A stretch of 64,000 nucleotides of DNA. Origin: Eledone cirrhosa. Taxonomy: Eukaryota. How positions within the stretch are numbered: position 1 is the first letter of the stretch; each line of letters opens with the position of its first letter. Shown here one piece after another: positions 1 through 13,696 of this stretch. Under the pieces are notes generated by a model. It searched no databases, was not told where the DNA came from, and saw only the letters and a program-made list of their open reading frames with translations. A program made the position numbers and the translations under genes. The stretch lies in NCBI GenBank assembly GCA_964016885.1, contig OZ024760.1, positions 25,792,001-25,856,000 on the forward strand. Direction: 5' to 3'.

Positions 1-21
1 ATATAATGTATAATATATACA

Positions 22-62
<41 letters not shown>

Positions 63-533
63 GTAAGTGTATACATATATATGCCTAAGTGTGTGTCTGT
101 GTCTGTGTGTCTATGTGTGTGTATGTGGCTGTGTGTATCTTTGTGTGTGTGTGTGTGTGTGTATGCGTATGTGTGTGTATGAGTTCGATGTTGAATCATT
201 GTTCCCGCCACTAATTAGAAGGTTTCGCCGTGAACTCTACTACAGGCGACACAGCAATCAATAGTTGAACTTGGTTCACGGAATAGAGGTTTCGGGAAAC
301 AATCTATTGAAATGTCTATACACACACACACACTCACACACATACACATACACACCCACACATACATATACTCACACATTTCCATATATATGTGTGTGTT
401 TGTGTAATTGTATATATATTTTTATATATTTATATATATATATATATGTATATACATTTATGTATATACATATATATATTTATATATACATATAGAGATA
501 TATACATATATAGATATATATACATATATATAT

Positions 534-982
<449 letters not shown>

Positions 983-1029
983 AATATGATAATAATGGAG
1001 CTGCGGCGTTGCAAATGGGTTACATATGA

Positions 1030-1365
1030 AAAAGTAAGTCCTTCATCAGTGGTCCTCCAACCGTCCTAGGCATTTCATCGCTTTAAGGGCCATATACCTC
1101 AGGTTGGTGCGAACAACGGCTAAAAAAAGTCGTTGGGACACGTAAATAAAGGGGACGTTAGGGTGAACAAACAAAATGGTTTAAGCAACAGAAAGTGAGA
1201 AGAAAGAGACAAGTCCCAGATTTCTATGAATATAAACTCGGTGAAATCGTGAACGAGAGAATAAAGACCATCAAACCTGGTTGAAATATTGAAAGGATGA
1301 CAAGGATGACTGGTTACTCCTTCATTACATTTATTGGTAGGTGACGCGCGTTTCGCCACTGATCA
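1030..1365 (-). repeat. Dispersed repeat, probably PLE-derived (related copies 8322-8730 and 14140-14220)
   Basis: High similarity to 8330-8580; partial CTGATGA and GAAACGCGCGTC motifs on the minus strand. Confidence 0.55.
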
Positions 1366-1539
1366 GCTCAAAATTCGATCTGTATCGATCCTACCCGACT
1401 CAATGATCGGCAGCTCGACGGACCCTTTAAAATGGTATAAGAAAATGAATACATGCTATGTGATAAAATCAGAAGTTCATAAGTTGTACAATATGAGTTG
1501 TTTTGATTGGTGTAAAAGATCATAGGGATGTATTGGCCT

Positions 1540-1990
1540 GAAGTGTATGTGGGGCTGCATGTGATGATAAGATGGTGGTGACGGTGGCTGGCTGCGGTGG
1601 GCTGTGGTGTGGGAGGTGGCGGATTGACTTTCGCCTGTAGTGTATGTGGGGGTGGATGTGATGATAAGATGGTGGTGACGGTGGCTGGCTGCGATGGGCT
1701 GTCGTGTGGGGGGCGGATTGACTTTCGCCTGTAGTGTGTATGTGGGGGTGGATGTGATGATAAGATGTTGGTGACGGTGGCTGGCTGCGATGGGCTTTGG
1801 TGTGGGGGTGGCGGATTGACTTTCGCCTGTAGTGTATGTGGGGGTGGATGTGATGATAAGATGGTGGTGACGGTGGCTGGCTGCGATGGGCTGTGGTGTG
1901 GGGGGGGGCGGATTGACTTTCGCCTGTAGTGTGTATGTGGGGGTGGATGTGATGATAAGATGTTGGTGACGGTCGCTGACTGGGATGGGT
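1540..1990. repeat. Minisatellite, ~94-98 bp unit, ~4.5 copies
   Basis: ggcggattgactttcgcctgtag recurs at ~1618, 1712, 1810, 1906. Confidence 0.9.
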
Positions 1991-2185
1991 TGTGATGGGG
2001 GGGGGGGGGGGGTAGTGGATTGTCGGTAGACAGGGTGGCGTATATTTTTGGCTGGTTATTGTGTGGGATGTCGGTGTGGTGTTGTTGTTTATGGTAGTGG
2101 CGTTTGTGGTGGTGTGGTGGATGTGTTGGTGGTGTCAATCCATGGGGAGGTACATATCTAGACACGCTTAGTCTGACAAATACGT

Positions 2186-2248
<63 letters not shown>

Positions 2249-2542
2249 ATATGTAGACATATATTCATACACACCTATATACACACACATACACGCGCCC
2301 ACATACATCCACACGTACATATATCTATATGCATATATACGCACACATATATATGGTGATGCGCGCGTGTGGATATATAGAGAGAGGGGGGGTATCGGTG
2401 GGGGTGGCGTAGTACAAAGATAGAGGGACGGTGAGAGCCAATGGAGATTGTGTTGTACATATAGACATACACATACATACACACATACACACGCACACAT
2501 ACACATATAGATATACCCACATACACGTACACACAGATATAC

Positions 2543-2646
<104 letters not shown>

Positions 2647-2919
2647 TCAATACATTAACAGAAAAAGCTTTAAGCTTTACTCTGACTGGCTTCCATCTCA
2701 CTCAACAAACATTAGGATATACCTTAGTATAATCCCATGTCAGTGATGGTCTCCCTCCGTATCAGAATGACCGCCAAATTTGAAATTCCAGCAGTCTCAG
2801 AATCGGAAAGGGGAGGTCATCGCGAAACAAAAAGGATTTAAAATAATATACACGTGGGTCAATTAATTTTCTATATATATATATAGAAGTGGTTATACAA
2901 TACTATAACCATGCCCATT

Positions 2920-2959
2920 CCGAGCTGAGGATCCGCTAAGGTGAAACAATTGTTCTCGG
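2920..2959 (+). ncRNA. Minimal type I hammerhead motif (HH-B) in cassette 2885-3056 (3' part also at 14017-14118)
   Basis: ccgag-CTGAGGA-tcc gctaa ggt-GAAA-caattg-TT-ctcgg; perfect 5-bp stem I, palindromic stem III. Confidence 0.7.
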
Positions 2960-3162
2960 TATGGTGAACTAACTGTTGTGTAACCTCTTCTACCTAACTC
3001 GTCCCATGGACTGAGTGCTCTACCACTACGGATATTACCTTCCAGTGTTCCACCACTATATATATATATATATTTATGTATATATATTTATATAAACATG
3101 TGGGCATGTGTATATATATAATTTATATATGTTTACGTACAAACATATTTTGTGTATCTATA

Positions 3163-3259
<97 letters not shown>

Positions 3260-3289
3260 AATTAGACACACACACATGCATACATACAT

Positions 3290-3810
3290 GGTGGCTGCCA
3301 ACTCGACTTTAACACTCTGGTACAAACACTACACTTGTGACAATTATTGACACATAGTGCTGGGCCCATGGTACCATTTGACGACAAGTGCAGAGAGATC
3401 TCCAGATATAAAGCAATGCCTGTGCCGTGAAGCTTTTATAGTGAGCAAAGACACTGCACAAAGCCAGTCCCACTCTCTTAACAAAGATGATATTTACCAA
3501 AAAGAAGAACAAGACAACATCATTTGATACCATCAGGGTTGCAGCTGTTATATCAGAGTTTTCCTTCTCCTAGAATTCTGCCTTGACAAAGGCTAAGAGG
3601 TCATCTCTCCCGGTGATTTTGGATGGCCATTGACTTTTAAGAGCTTCTTTGCTCTTTGACAGGTTTTGTTTTTAGTCCTGCAGGATGTCCAAAGTCACCC
3701 TCCTCACCAAGAAACCTTGGTCGGGTTGCCAGTTTAGTCGCCAACGACCCGACCATGAGACAGGTTGTACTGGGATACATGTTACCAGTAGCACCAACTG
3801 GTGACCTGAC
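3290..3810 (-). mobile_element. Short non-autonomous RTE-like element, copy 1 (internally deleted)
   Basis: Near-identical to 3943-4546; contains ggagaaggaaaactctga, reminiscent of RTE 5'UTRs; flanked by (CATA)n. Confidence 0.6.
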
Positions 3811-3942
3811 ATATATACATACATATATACGTACATATATACACACATACATGCATACATACACACATACATACATATATAAATACATACATGCATATAT
3901 ACATACATGCATATACATACATTCATACGTACATACTTACAT

Positions 3943-4546
3943 GGCGGCTGCCAACTCGTTTTCGAGTACGGCCACTACTTTATATCCATGTAGGAGAACC
4001 CCTACCGATGCGCTGAACGAGTGTGACTTCTTAGTCCAGCCAGCGACTTGAAAACTCTGGTACAAACACTACACCTGTGACAATTATTGACACATAGTGC
4101 TAGGCCTTTGGTACCATGTGACGACACGTGTAGAGAGATCTCCAGATATAAAGCAATGTGCCGTGAAGCTTTTATTGTGAGCAAAGGCACTGCACAAAGC
4201 CAGTCCCACTCTCTTAACCAAGATGATATTTACCAAAAAGAAGAACACGTCAACATCATTGGATACCATCGGGGTTGCAGGTGTTATATCAGAGTTTTCC
4301 TTCTCCGAGAATTCTGCTTTGACAAAGGCTAAGGGGTCATCTCTCCCGGTGATTTTAGATGGCCATTGACTTTTAAGAGCTTCTTTGCTCTTTGACAGGT
4401 TTTGTTTTTAGTCCTGCAGGATGTCCAAAGTCACCCTCCTCACCAAGAAACCTTGGTGGGGTTGCCAGTTTAGTCGCCAACGACCCGACCATGAGACAGG
4501 TTGTACTGGGATACATGTTACCAATAGCACCAACTGGTGACCTGAC
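3943..4546 (-). mobile_element. Short bipartite RTE-like element, copy 2 (5'UTR plus C2H2 zinc-finger 3' end)
   Basis: CSVCTRVFKSLAGLRSHTRSAH C2H2 finger, 3' stem-loop ctcg-aaaa-cgag, (ATGT)n tail. Confidence 0.6.
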
Positions 4547-4713
4547 ATAGATATACTTACATACATATATACATACATACATACATACATTACATACATG
4601 TGTATATATATTTATATGCATTCATACATACATACATACATTACATACATGTATATATATACATATATATATATATATGCATACATACATACATACATAC
4701 ATACATACATACA

Positions 4714-4744
<31 letters not shown>

Positions 4745-4937
4745 GTGTATGTGATTGGGTCGTGATTGTTTCAACAGAAGATTGATGACCAAGCAGATTG
4801 CAACAACCAATCAGTTCAAATCCCAAGTGTATCGATTTAATTGCTCCCTCCCCAAGAGGTCGATAAATTGTGTATAATTCTGATAGCCATGCATTTGAAG
4901 CGCACGTAATGACATATATACAGACATGCGCACATAT

Positions 4938-4998
<61 letters not shown>

Positions 4999-5079
4999 GA
5001 TATATATACACATGAATACATATATAAATATATGTATATAGACATATATATATATACACACATAAACACACACACACAA

Positions 5080-5110
<31 letters not shown>

Positions 5111-5993
5111 CTAGCAGTGGTACCCGGCGTTGCACGGGATAAGGTATTTTGGAACGCGAGCCGCCAACAGACCTAATGGTGGAAAAACTGCATGTCTGGA
5201 CAATATGTAAAGAAAATAAACCGAATACTCTGATGGCTGAACAATCTTTAAGATTTTCCTCGATGAAGCAGGGAAAATACAGGTTTTCACCTAATGCAGG
5301 TCCTAGGGTATCAAGAAAATGAATTTTTTTATGTGCACATGCCTTGAAATTTCGGGAAAATCGGCTAGACGTAACGCCTCAAAAAAGCCCTAAAAAACTG
5401 AAAAAAATGAAGTTTTTCACCTAATGCGGGCTCTAGGCCAAAACAAGTTGGATTTTCTTTGCTCGTGGCATGAAGAAGAGACTGACTAATACATAGTTAC
5501 AATTTCAAGGAAATCAATCTGACGGAACGACTAAAAAAAAACTAAAAACCTGAAAAAAACGCAGTTTTTCACCTAATGCTAGGGATCAAAAAGTTGAATT
5601 TTTTATGAAATATAAGTAATACACATGTAAAGTTTGGAAAAAGTCGGTTGGGTACTGCTCGAGTTTTAAGGATTCAAACTCACAGACACACACACAGACA
5701 GACAGACATCCTCAGGGAAGTGACGTAATGCAGAAAGGCAGACATACAGACAGATATTATAAGGGCGCGACGTTATATGTATGTATCTATCTAAAAAGAG
5801 AAAGACTAGGAATTATAGAGAGGGATCGCTAAATCGTCTAATGCGGTCCCTAGGGCATTGAAAATTTGAAATTTGTTTTGCTCAGAACACTCGCTGAAAC
5901 AAGTACTACATGTGCAAAGATTGAAAACAGTTGGTTGGGTGGTTCTCGAGTTTTATGGATTCAAACTCACACACACACAGACAGACATCCTTA

Positions 5994-6010
<17 letters not shown>
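5111..6010 (-). mobile_element. Non-autonomous Helitron-like element
   Basis: Minus-strand 3' end cccgtgcaacgccggg hairpin then CTAG|T; 5' end tatataaaactaaggatgtctgtctgtgtg; internal subrepeats. Confidence 0.75.
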
Positions 6011-6057
<47 letters not shown>

Positions 6058-6062
<5 letters not shown>

Positions 6063-6778
6063 GACGTGGCAATACATTCTTTAAAATAACCCTTTAAATG
6101 AAAAATGCACAACATATTGAAACTAAAATGTATCTATTCTGTAAAACATAATCTTCATTGAATGCGATAAGATCTTAACAGTGCTAATGCAAAGCATTTA
6201 ACTCTTTCTGGAACCATTCTTTCGGCAATTCTTCAAACCAGTGCCACGATTTATCCACAACCTCTTCTAATGAAGCGAAAACAAATGCTCTTTGTTTATT
6301 CCAGTAACATGTGCAATGCAACACATTGATTGTTTTGGTTCTGTATCAATGATACTTTAAATGAGTTGAACATTGGCATAAATAGTTGTTGTGCAAGGAC
6401 AGCCAGAATGGGGAGCATCAATAAGTGATGATCTACTGCCATCTTTGAATTGTTTCACCTAATGATAAATGGTAGAATTTACTGGAACGTTGTTAATTCT
6501 TCTCTCCTTCAATTGTGCAATAATATTTTTTCTGATTTGCTTCGTTTCCATTCAATGAAAACACATGCTCTAAAATGTTCTTGACTTAAATCCATTCGAT
6601 ACGTGTATCATAAACTCACAAGAATTACAGCAAAATAATTATGAATTGGCCTGTGACAAAATACATCATTCATATAGAATATCACACGTGTACAACAAAG
6701 TTTAAATTCCAACTAATATTAACTACATTTACTGCTATATACGGCCTACTATGCTAAAGACTTGATTGCCACACCATA
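6058..6778 (-). mobile_element. Internally deleted mariner-type DNA transposon
   Basis: Minus strand reads MDLSQEHFRACVFIEWKR..KQFKDGSRSSLIDAPHSGCP (HTH N-terminus) joined to EEVV..FEELPKEWFQK (C-terminus); degenerate gtggcaat..tcttta TIRs. Confidence 0.7.
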
Positions 6779-6793
6779 CACACACGCACACAG

Positions 6794-6834
<41 letters not shown>

Positions 6835-6835
6835 A

Positions 6836-7005
6836 TATTAAGGATACTATTTATGGTTATGTATATACTAAAACTTTTTATAGTTATATATATTTTAAAC
6901 CCTAAACAGGGAAGGTCAGTAATTAATTACTACCTTATTACCAGTAAGATAAATAGCTCAATGTAACAACATCAGTTGTTCTACAGAGCAGTTATATAGA
7001 AAATA
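6836..7005. repeat. Dispersed repeat (related to 19905-20025 and 54550-54630)
   Basis: Shared tatttatggttatgta and ccagtaagataaatagctcaatgtaacaacatcagttg blocks. Confidence 0.55.
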
Positions 7006-7014
7006 TCTATATAT

Positions 7015-7268
7015 ATTTATTAAAATAACAGATTAAAGTTTAAGCAAAGAATCGATGCTTTCACCCTTAACGGGATCTTCTGAAACTAACAAAGTCAATC
7101 TGTAAACGCACGAACCAAAGTATCGTCTTCCTGTCTTCCTCCGGTTCCAACGTTTTTTGAAATATCCACTTCTGCGTTTACAGATTGACTTTGTTAGTTT
7201 CAGAAGATCCCGTTAATGGTGAAAGCAGCGATTCTTTGCTTAAACTTTAATCTGTTATTTTAATAAAT
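7015..7268. mobile_element. Fold-back PLE pLTR cassette, family HH-C, with hammerhead motifs at 7037-7087(-) and 7196-7246(+)
   Basis: ~95-bp inverted arms; agttt-CAGAAGA-tccc gttaa gggt-GAAA-gca..tgc-TT-aaact. Confidence 0.7.
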
Positions 7269-7639
7269 TTTTGCTCTACAGTTCTTATATATTTGATATA
7301 TATTTATCCTTATCGAGCCCTCTTTGGATTTTAGTCTTCAAATTTATTATTATTACTATATATATATATATATATATAAATACAAAATTAAAATTATGGG
7401 TTGTCATGTCTGAGAGACATGCGCCATATCCACCATAGAATAAGCTCAAAGATTAGATCCGAGCATTACATATCACTAGAAATAGATTGACATATATATA
7501 TATATAAAATAAATACATTTCTAAAGAATGTAGGCACACATAGCTAGGTAGCTATGTGTGCCTACATTCTTTACAAATTATTCCCTGTGATTGTTTCATC
7601 TATTTATTTTATATATATATATGTCAATCTATTTCTAGT

Positions 7640-7723
<84 letters not shown>

Positions 7724-7771
7724 AGTAAGTATGTTTTGAAACAGTGAGGAGGTTTGAAATTAGAAAATAGA

Positions 7772-8080
7772 ATAGCTTTCACCGTATTTTTGACTAAAGG
7801 AATTTTAGCCTGAAAATAGGGTTTAGAACCATCAGATAAATGGAAAAAGATGAGTATTGACGTACATGGGAGTCAAACCCACATCTTTGGTTATCGCGAC
7901 CACTGTGCTACCACTGTGCCACCAATGTGTTGGTGTAATGGTAGCACAGTGGTCGCGATAACCAAAGATGTGGGTTTGACTCCCATGTACGTCAATACTC
8001 ATCTTTTTCCATTTATCTGAGGGTTCTAAACCCCATTATCAGGCTAAAATTCCTTTAGTCAAAAGTACGGTGAAAGCTAT
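7772..8080. repeat. ~140-bp-arm palindrome containing a tRNA-like head (7924-7994, +)
   Basis: Arms nearly identical; A box tggtgtaatgg, T-arm gtggg-tttgact-cccat, T5 run at ~8003. Confidence 0.75.
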
Positions 8081-8252
8081 ATATATATATATATATATAT
8101 AATACAATATGTAGAAAAGATAACACACCAGAGAGAGAGACAGTGCGCCATCTTGTTCTACATATTGTATTATAAAGGGCTTGGGATTCCTTCTCCTTTG
8201 AGAACATTAATGACAGGGAATAGCGAGAGTCTATTGCTCCGTTAATTTATCG

Positions 8253-8324
<72 letters not shown>

Positions 8325-8725
8325 AAGTTTGTCCTCATCAGTGGCCTTCCAACCGTCGTAGGCATTTCGTCGCATTAAAGGCCATATACCTCAGGTTGGT
8401 GCGAGCAACGGCTACAAAAAGTCGTTGGGACACGTAAATAAGGGGGACGCTAGGGTAAACAAACAAAATGGTTTAAGCAACAGAAAGTGATGAAGAAGAA
8501 ACAAGTCCCAGATTTCTATGAGTATAAATTCGGTGGAATCGTGAACGAGAGAATAAAGACCATCAAACCTGGTTGAAATGTGAGCAAGGAAGGAATTTCG
8601 CACAGGTCTAACGGGAGGAAGAAGGGGTCTGGTCTGCGAATTCGGTAAACATAAGTTCTGTGAAGTCGCAGACGAGAGCGAAGGAAATGTAGTAAGGAAC
8701 CAGGTGGACCATAACGCTACTCGTT

Positions 8726-8882
<157 letters not shown>

Positions 8883-9002
8883 GTCCATTTTAGACACAGT
8901 CTTCACAAGGAAGATGAACAGAACTTTTCAACACTTAATTACAAATCTAAAGAAAAATGTTATTCTTTTTTATCTTTTTAATTCATTTTACTTGTAATAC
9001 TC

Positions 9003-9050
9003 AACATCTGATAAGATGTTTCACACTGATACATCGAAACCGGTTATATT
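9003..9050 (+). ncRNA. Degenerate hammerhead motif (G8A)
   Basis: aacat-CTGATAA-gatgt..acatc-GAAA-ccgg-TT-atatt. Confidence 0.5.
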
Positions 9051-9174
9051 TTATATATTCTATAGACATTATAAAACTCCTTTTTTAAAGATAATATCAC
9101 TTTGACGAATCAAAGAAGAAAAAAAGATAAAAATATCCTTAAATAATTTGTCCGTGCTATTTCCAATTCCACCT

Positions 9175-9270
<96 letters not shown>

Positions 9271-9285
9271 TCTCTCTCTCTATCA

Positions 9286-9436
<151 letters not shown>

Positions 9437-9586
9437 ACACACACACGCACATATATATATATGGATATATATATACATATATATATGTGTGTGTGTGTGT
9501 GTGAGTGTGTGTCTGTGTGTATGCACACGTTTATAAATAGTTACATATGCATATATATGCGTACATATACGTATATACATATATAT

Positions 9587-9630
<44 letters not shown>

Positions 9631-9785
9631 CATTCTGATGATTGCAAGCAAAATTTGTTTGCTTTTAAGAAACCACTGGTAAATGAAATAATTGCCTTAT
9701 GTTGTTTATTACATAACTATTAAGCTCTGTAACTTACATAGAGCACTCTTTTTTCCTGGACCTTTCCGACAGAATTACTTCATTT

Positions 9786-9832
<47 letters not shown>

Positions 9833-9870
9833 ATATTAACAAATGGAAACTATATTTATAAAACCATATT

Positions 9871-9935
9871 TATTTTATTATACATATTTCAATGTCAGCA
9901 AGGCAAATTATGGTGGGCTATCATCAGATAAAATA
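9871..9935 (-). ncRNA. Hammerhead motif, HH-A copy with diverged stem II
   Basis: rc: tattttat-CTGATGA-...-GAAA-tatgta-TA-ataaaata. Confidence 0.5.
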
Positions 9936-10709
9936 CAATACAGATTAGTTTTATAAATAAATATTGACATATCCTGAAAAATAAATATAGTTTCCATTTG
10001 TTAATATATTGTATATTTACTCCAATAAACTGTTGAGTGCTTTATATCAGTTATAAAAATATTTTTTAAGCTTGTTGTATCCCAACAAATTAAATATAAC
10101 CTCTGCATATATATATATAGAGAGAGAGAGATAGATATATATAGATATGTATTGATATATATATTTTCCTCTGTTTTTCATGTTATTTTTTGTTGATTTC
10201 GTCTTTAAATATTTGAACGTTTGACTTTTGTTGCGTCTTTTGTTTCACTTTACAACGTTTCACTTACTGAGATTCTTTTCGAGGAGACATTTTTTTAGCA
10301 AGTTTATTAATTTATTTTCATTATCTTCCTTACCTCCTTCTTCCACCTCTTCCCTACCATCCAGCGACTCACACTCTCCCTCTCTCACTCTCTCTTTCTC
10401 TCTCTCCCACTCTTTCCTCTCTCTCGCTTTCTCTCCCGCTCGCTCTCTCTCTCTCACTTTCTCTCCCGCTCACTCTCTCTCTCTCTCGCTTTCTCTCCCG
10501 CTCGCTCTCTCTCTCTCTTTCTTTCTCATCCCTTCTCTCCCTCTCGCTCTCTTTCTCTCTCTTTCGCTCTCTTTCGTTCTTTCTCTCTCTCTTTCACACA
10601 TTCTCTCTCTCTTTCGTTCCTTCTCACTCTCTCTTTTGTTTCTTCACTCTCTATCTTTATCTCTCCCTCCGTTCCTCGTCTTTCTCTCTCTTTATCCCCC
10701 CTCTCTTCC

Positions 10710-10782
<73 letters not shown>

Positions 10783-11063
10783 ACTCTCAGTATTATCTGA
10801 CTGTAGGCAAATTGTTAAAGCCTCTGCAATGCATATGTTAAACGTTTTCGCTAATCTTAATGTTCAGATAAGCCGAGAGTGTATGGTTTCATGTGCAGTA
10901 CACGTTCTTCTAACAACTGCACCAACATGTCTGCCATATTACAACAGCATCACGCAAATGCATCGTACACATATACACATATACACATATGTGTATATGT
11001 GGCATATATATATATATAAAAACTGATAGACACTAGTACATGCACACACATATGTATATATGT

Positions 11064-11111
<48 letters not shown>

Positions 11112-11175
11112 CATACCTATAAACATATTTATATATATATATATATATATAAATATATATAAACACATGTACGTA

Positions 11176-11256
<81 letters not shown>

Positions 11257-11494
11257 CATCTATATTTATGCGTGTGTGTATTTATGTATGTATATACATA
11301 CACACACATATATACATAAAGAAAGATGTGTGTGACAGATGTACACATGCATGTGTTTCTGAATATATATATATATATATGTATGTGTGTCTCTTTATGT
11401 ACATGTGATTACACATACATATGCAATGTTTAAAATAATGAAAATTTACACAGACATACTAAAGGATTGTTCTATTCCACAAAATATATATATG

Positions 11495-12050
11495 TCTCTT
11501 TCTCTTAATTTCGAGTATATTTTATTGACCGGCCACCTTCCTGGTGGCAAGGTTGTAAAAGAAAAGAAATTGTCATCCCTTAAATCGCAAAAATGTTTTG
11601 CAAATTTTGAAGGTGCCAGCTATCGCAGCCATTTGTAGACTATGAATTAGTGAGCTGCGCTTTTTGTCCGCAAATCCAAGTTCAGTCATACTTTGGTCCA
11701 GGCGGGTTGGTATATAACCCGTAGCTCCAATAACGATGGGTATGAAGCTAAACGTGTATCTTGTATACTCGATTTGTAAACTCCTCCTCAATGGTCTGTA
11801 GATGTCCTCCTTCTCCTGTATTTTTCTGACAACGTTTACATCAAGTGGGCAGCTGATCTCCTCAACAGAACACGTTTTCAATGTGTGACCCAAACAACAA
11901 TATCAGGCCGGTTGGCTTTAATTTGGTGGCAATTTTTATTTTCAGGTTCCACCAGTATTCCTTAGTGCCATCTGTCTCAATATATTCTTCCTCGTTTGTT
12001 GTTAATTTTGTTTTCCGAGGTGCGTTCCAGAGGGTTCTAGCTATCCCATC
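11495..12050 (-). mobile_element. 3' fragment of R4/Dong-like non-LTR retrotransposon (restriction-like endonuclease domain plus 3'UTR)
   Basis: EYWWNLKI..(frameshift)..PDIVV..EISCPLDVNV..K..EKEDIY..L..IPIVIGATG PD-(D/E)xK signature. Confidence 0.8.
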
Positions 12051-12289
12051 GTATGTATGTATGTATGTATGTATGTATGTATGTATGTATGTATGTATGT
12101 ATGTATGTATGTTCTTCTGGTTTTATAATTTCATAAAGTTTTACCAATAGAGAGAGAGTCGGTTTCTAACATAGATACAAAACTCGCTCATTGGAATTTA
12201 CACAACATCAACTAGGTAGATATGTATGTATGTCTGCATGCATGCATGTGTAGATATGGATGTTATTGTATGTGTGGATGTGTATGTTT

Positions 12290-13696
12290 TGAGTTGTATG
12301 CCCTTCATATCTCTATAGACTGATGTTTGGTTTCGTCTGAATCTTTTATTAAGCATTTTTTCTCTCATCAATCTTCTTCAGGTATCGGCGTTTTTCGCTA
12401 ACAGCTCTCAAATCTTGTTTGAGGGTGATCAGCTTATATTGGAGAGTTCTGGTTCTACTGTTACCAAACATCGTCTCTATTTTATTTTTCACTCTTTGTT
12501 GGTGAGGAGTGAGTTTTTTTTGTGTTTGTTTGCATGTAAGGAGCATTATCACATGTCCTATGTTTTTCCGTAGGTCAGCACTCTTTGTTTCTATTTTAGT
12601 TATATATGATGGTATTTTTGGTGGTGTTTTGTTCTTGTTAATATCTCTGCTATCACCAAGATAATGCTTCACTGTCATTGCTAAGGCATATAAACAGGCG
12701 TTGATTTGCCAAAATGTTGGGGTTTTTATCCGTCGTAAATATTCATCCCCTATTTCGTCAATAACACGTAGTATTTCATTATTTGTTTTTTTATTCACCA
12801 TTGCCGTTTTAACACGTTCAGCAAGAGAGATATTTATACATGAGTTAATTTCTCTCTGGAAGATTTCGTTGAGGGAAATTTTCAATTGTTTATACTTTTG
12901 ATTATCATTATCGATAGTATTTTCCACAACAGTCGAGGTAGACTCAGATGGTATACGTGGTGTCTCATTTCTTCGATTATTATTCTTATTTCTTCGATTA
13001 TTATTATTAGCGATAGTGTTTTCCCCAGCATTCGAGGTAGACTTAGATGGTACAGGTGGTGTCAAGTGTCTTACAGGCATAGTTGTTTCAAGACGCTGTT
13101 CGACCTGGCTGCTAGGAAGTCTAGTAGCATGGCAATCTGTAGCACGTGTTGTTGATAACATGTTTGTTGTGGGGGACTTACAATTAATAATATTTATCTT
13201 ATTTTTACGTTCAACAAACGTCGCTTGTTGGCGTAATTGTTTCGCTGTGAAATAATTTAGCTCTGTGTGCATTTCGTCCCAGTGTAACTTCATTCTATTC
13301 ATATAGCCAATGGAGGGATTGTTTTTTGCCATTTTATAACAATTAAATAAATCATTATTAAGTTCGCAACTCCAAGAGAGATGCGATTTATAATTTCGGT
13401 TTCTTCTGTAGCTACAACTGAATAAAGTTTGATTACCTTCTTTGTTATTTGACTTCGATACTTCCTTAATTTTCTTGTTGATGTTGTGTTCAGCCATGCT
13501 GTTTGTAGCAAATCCTTGTAAAATGAATTATGTATTTAGTCGGATATCTCTACGAATTCGAATAAAAGGTGTCTTCAGAAGGGATAGTTAGAAGAATAAC
13601 CAGTTATTAAACCTGGCTGTAGTTGTGGCATTACTGTCGGAGATAGTATTCATCTTAAATTTAATAAATAGTCTCCCACGCCAAAATACGCGACTG
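12290..13696 (-). mobile_element. 5' fragment of R4/Dong-like non-LTR retrotransposon (5'UTR plus ORF 13497-12349, no RT domain)
   Basis: WSCELNNDLFNCY..GYMNRMKLHW..TAKQLRQQA N-terminal domain; continues after a frameshift as NKRFRRNQTSVYRDM. Confidence 0.7.

Noticed and set aside
181-312. Possible hammerhead on the minus strand (cgcc..ggcGAAAC)
   Set aside because: No CUGANGA core or stem I
1368-2165. 265-aa His/Pro-rich ORF
   Set aside because: Reading frame through a GT-rich minisatellite; no domain evidence
7924-7994. Functional tRNA gene
   Set aside because: Anticodon loop lacks U33, acceptor stem is poor and the T-loop is TTTGA; tRNA-derived repeat at most
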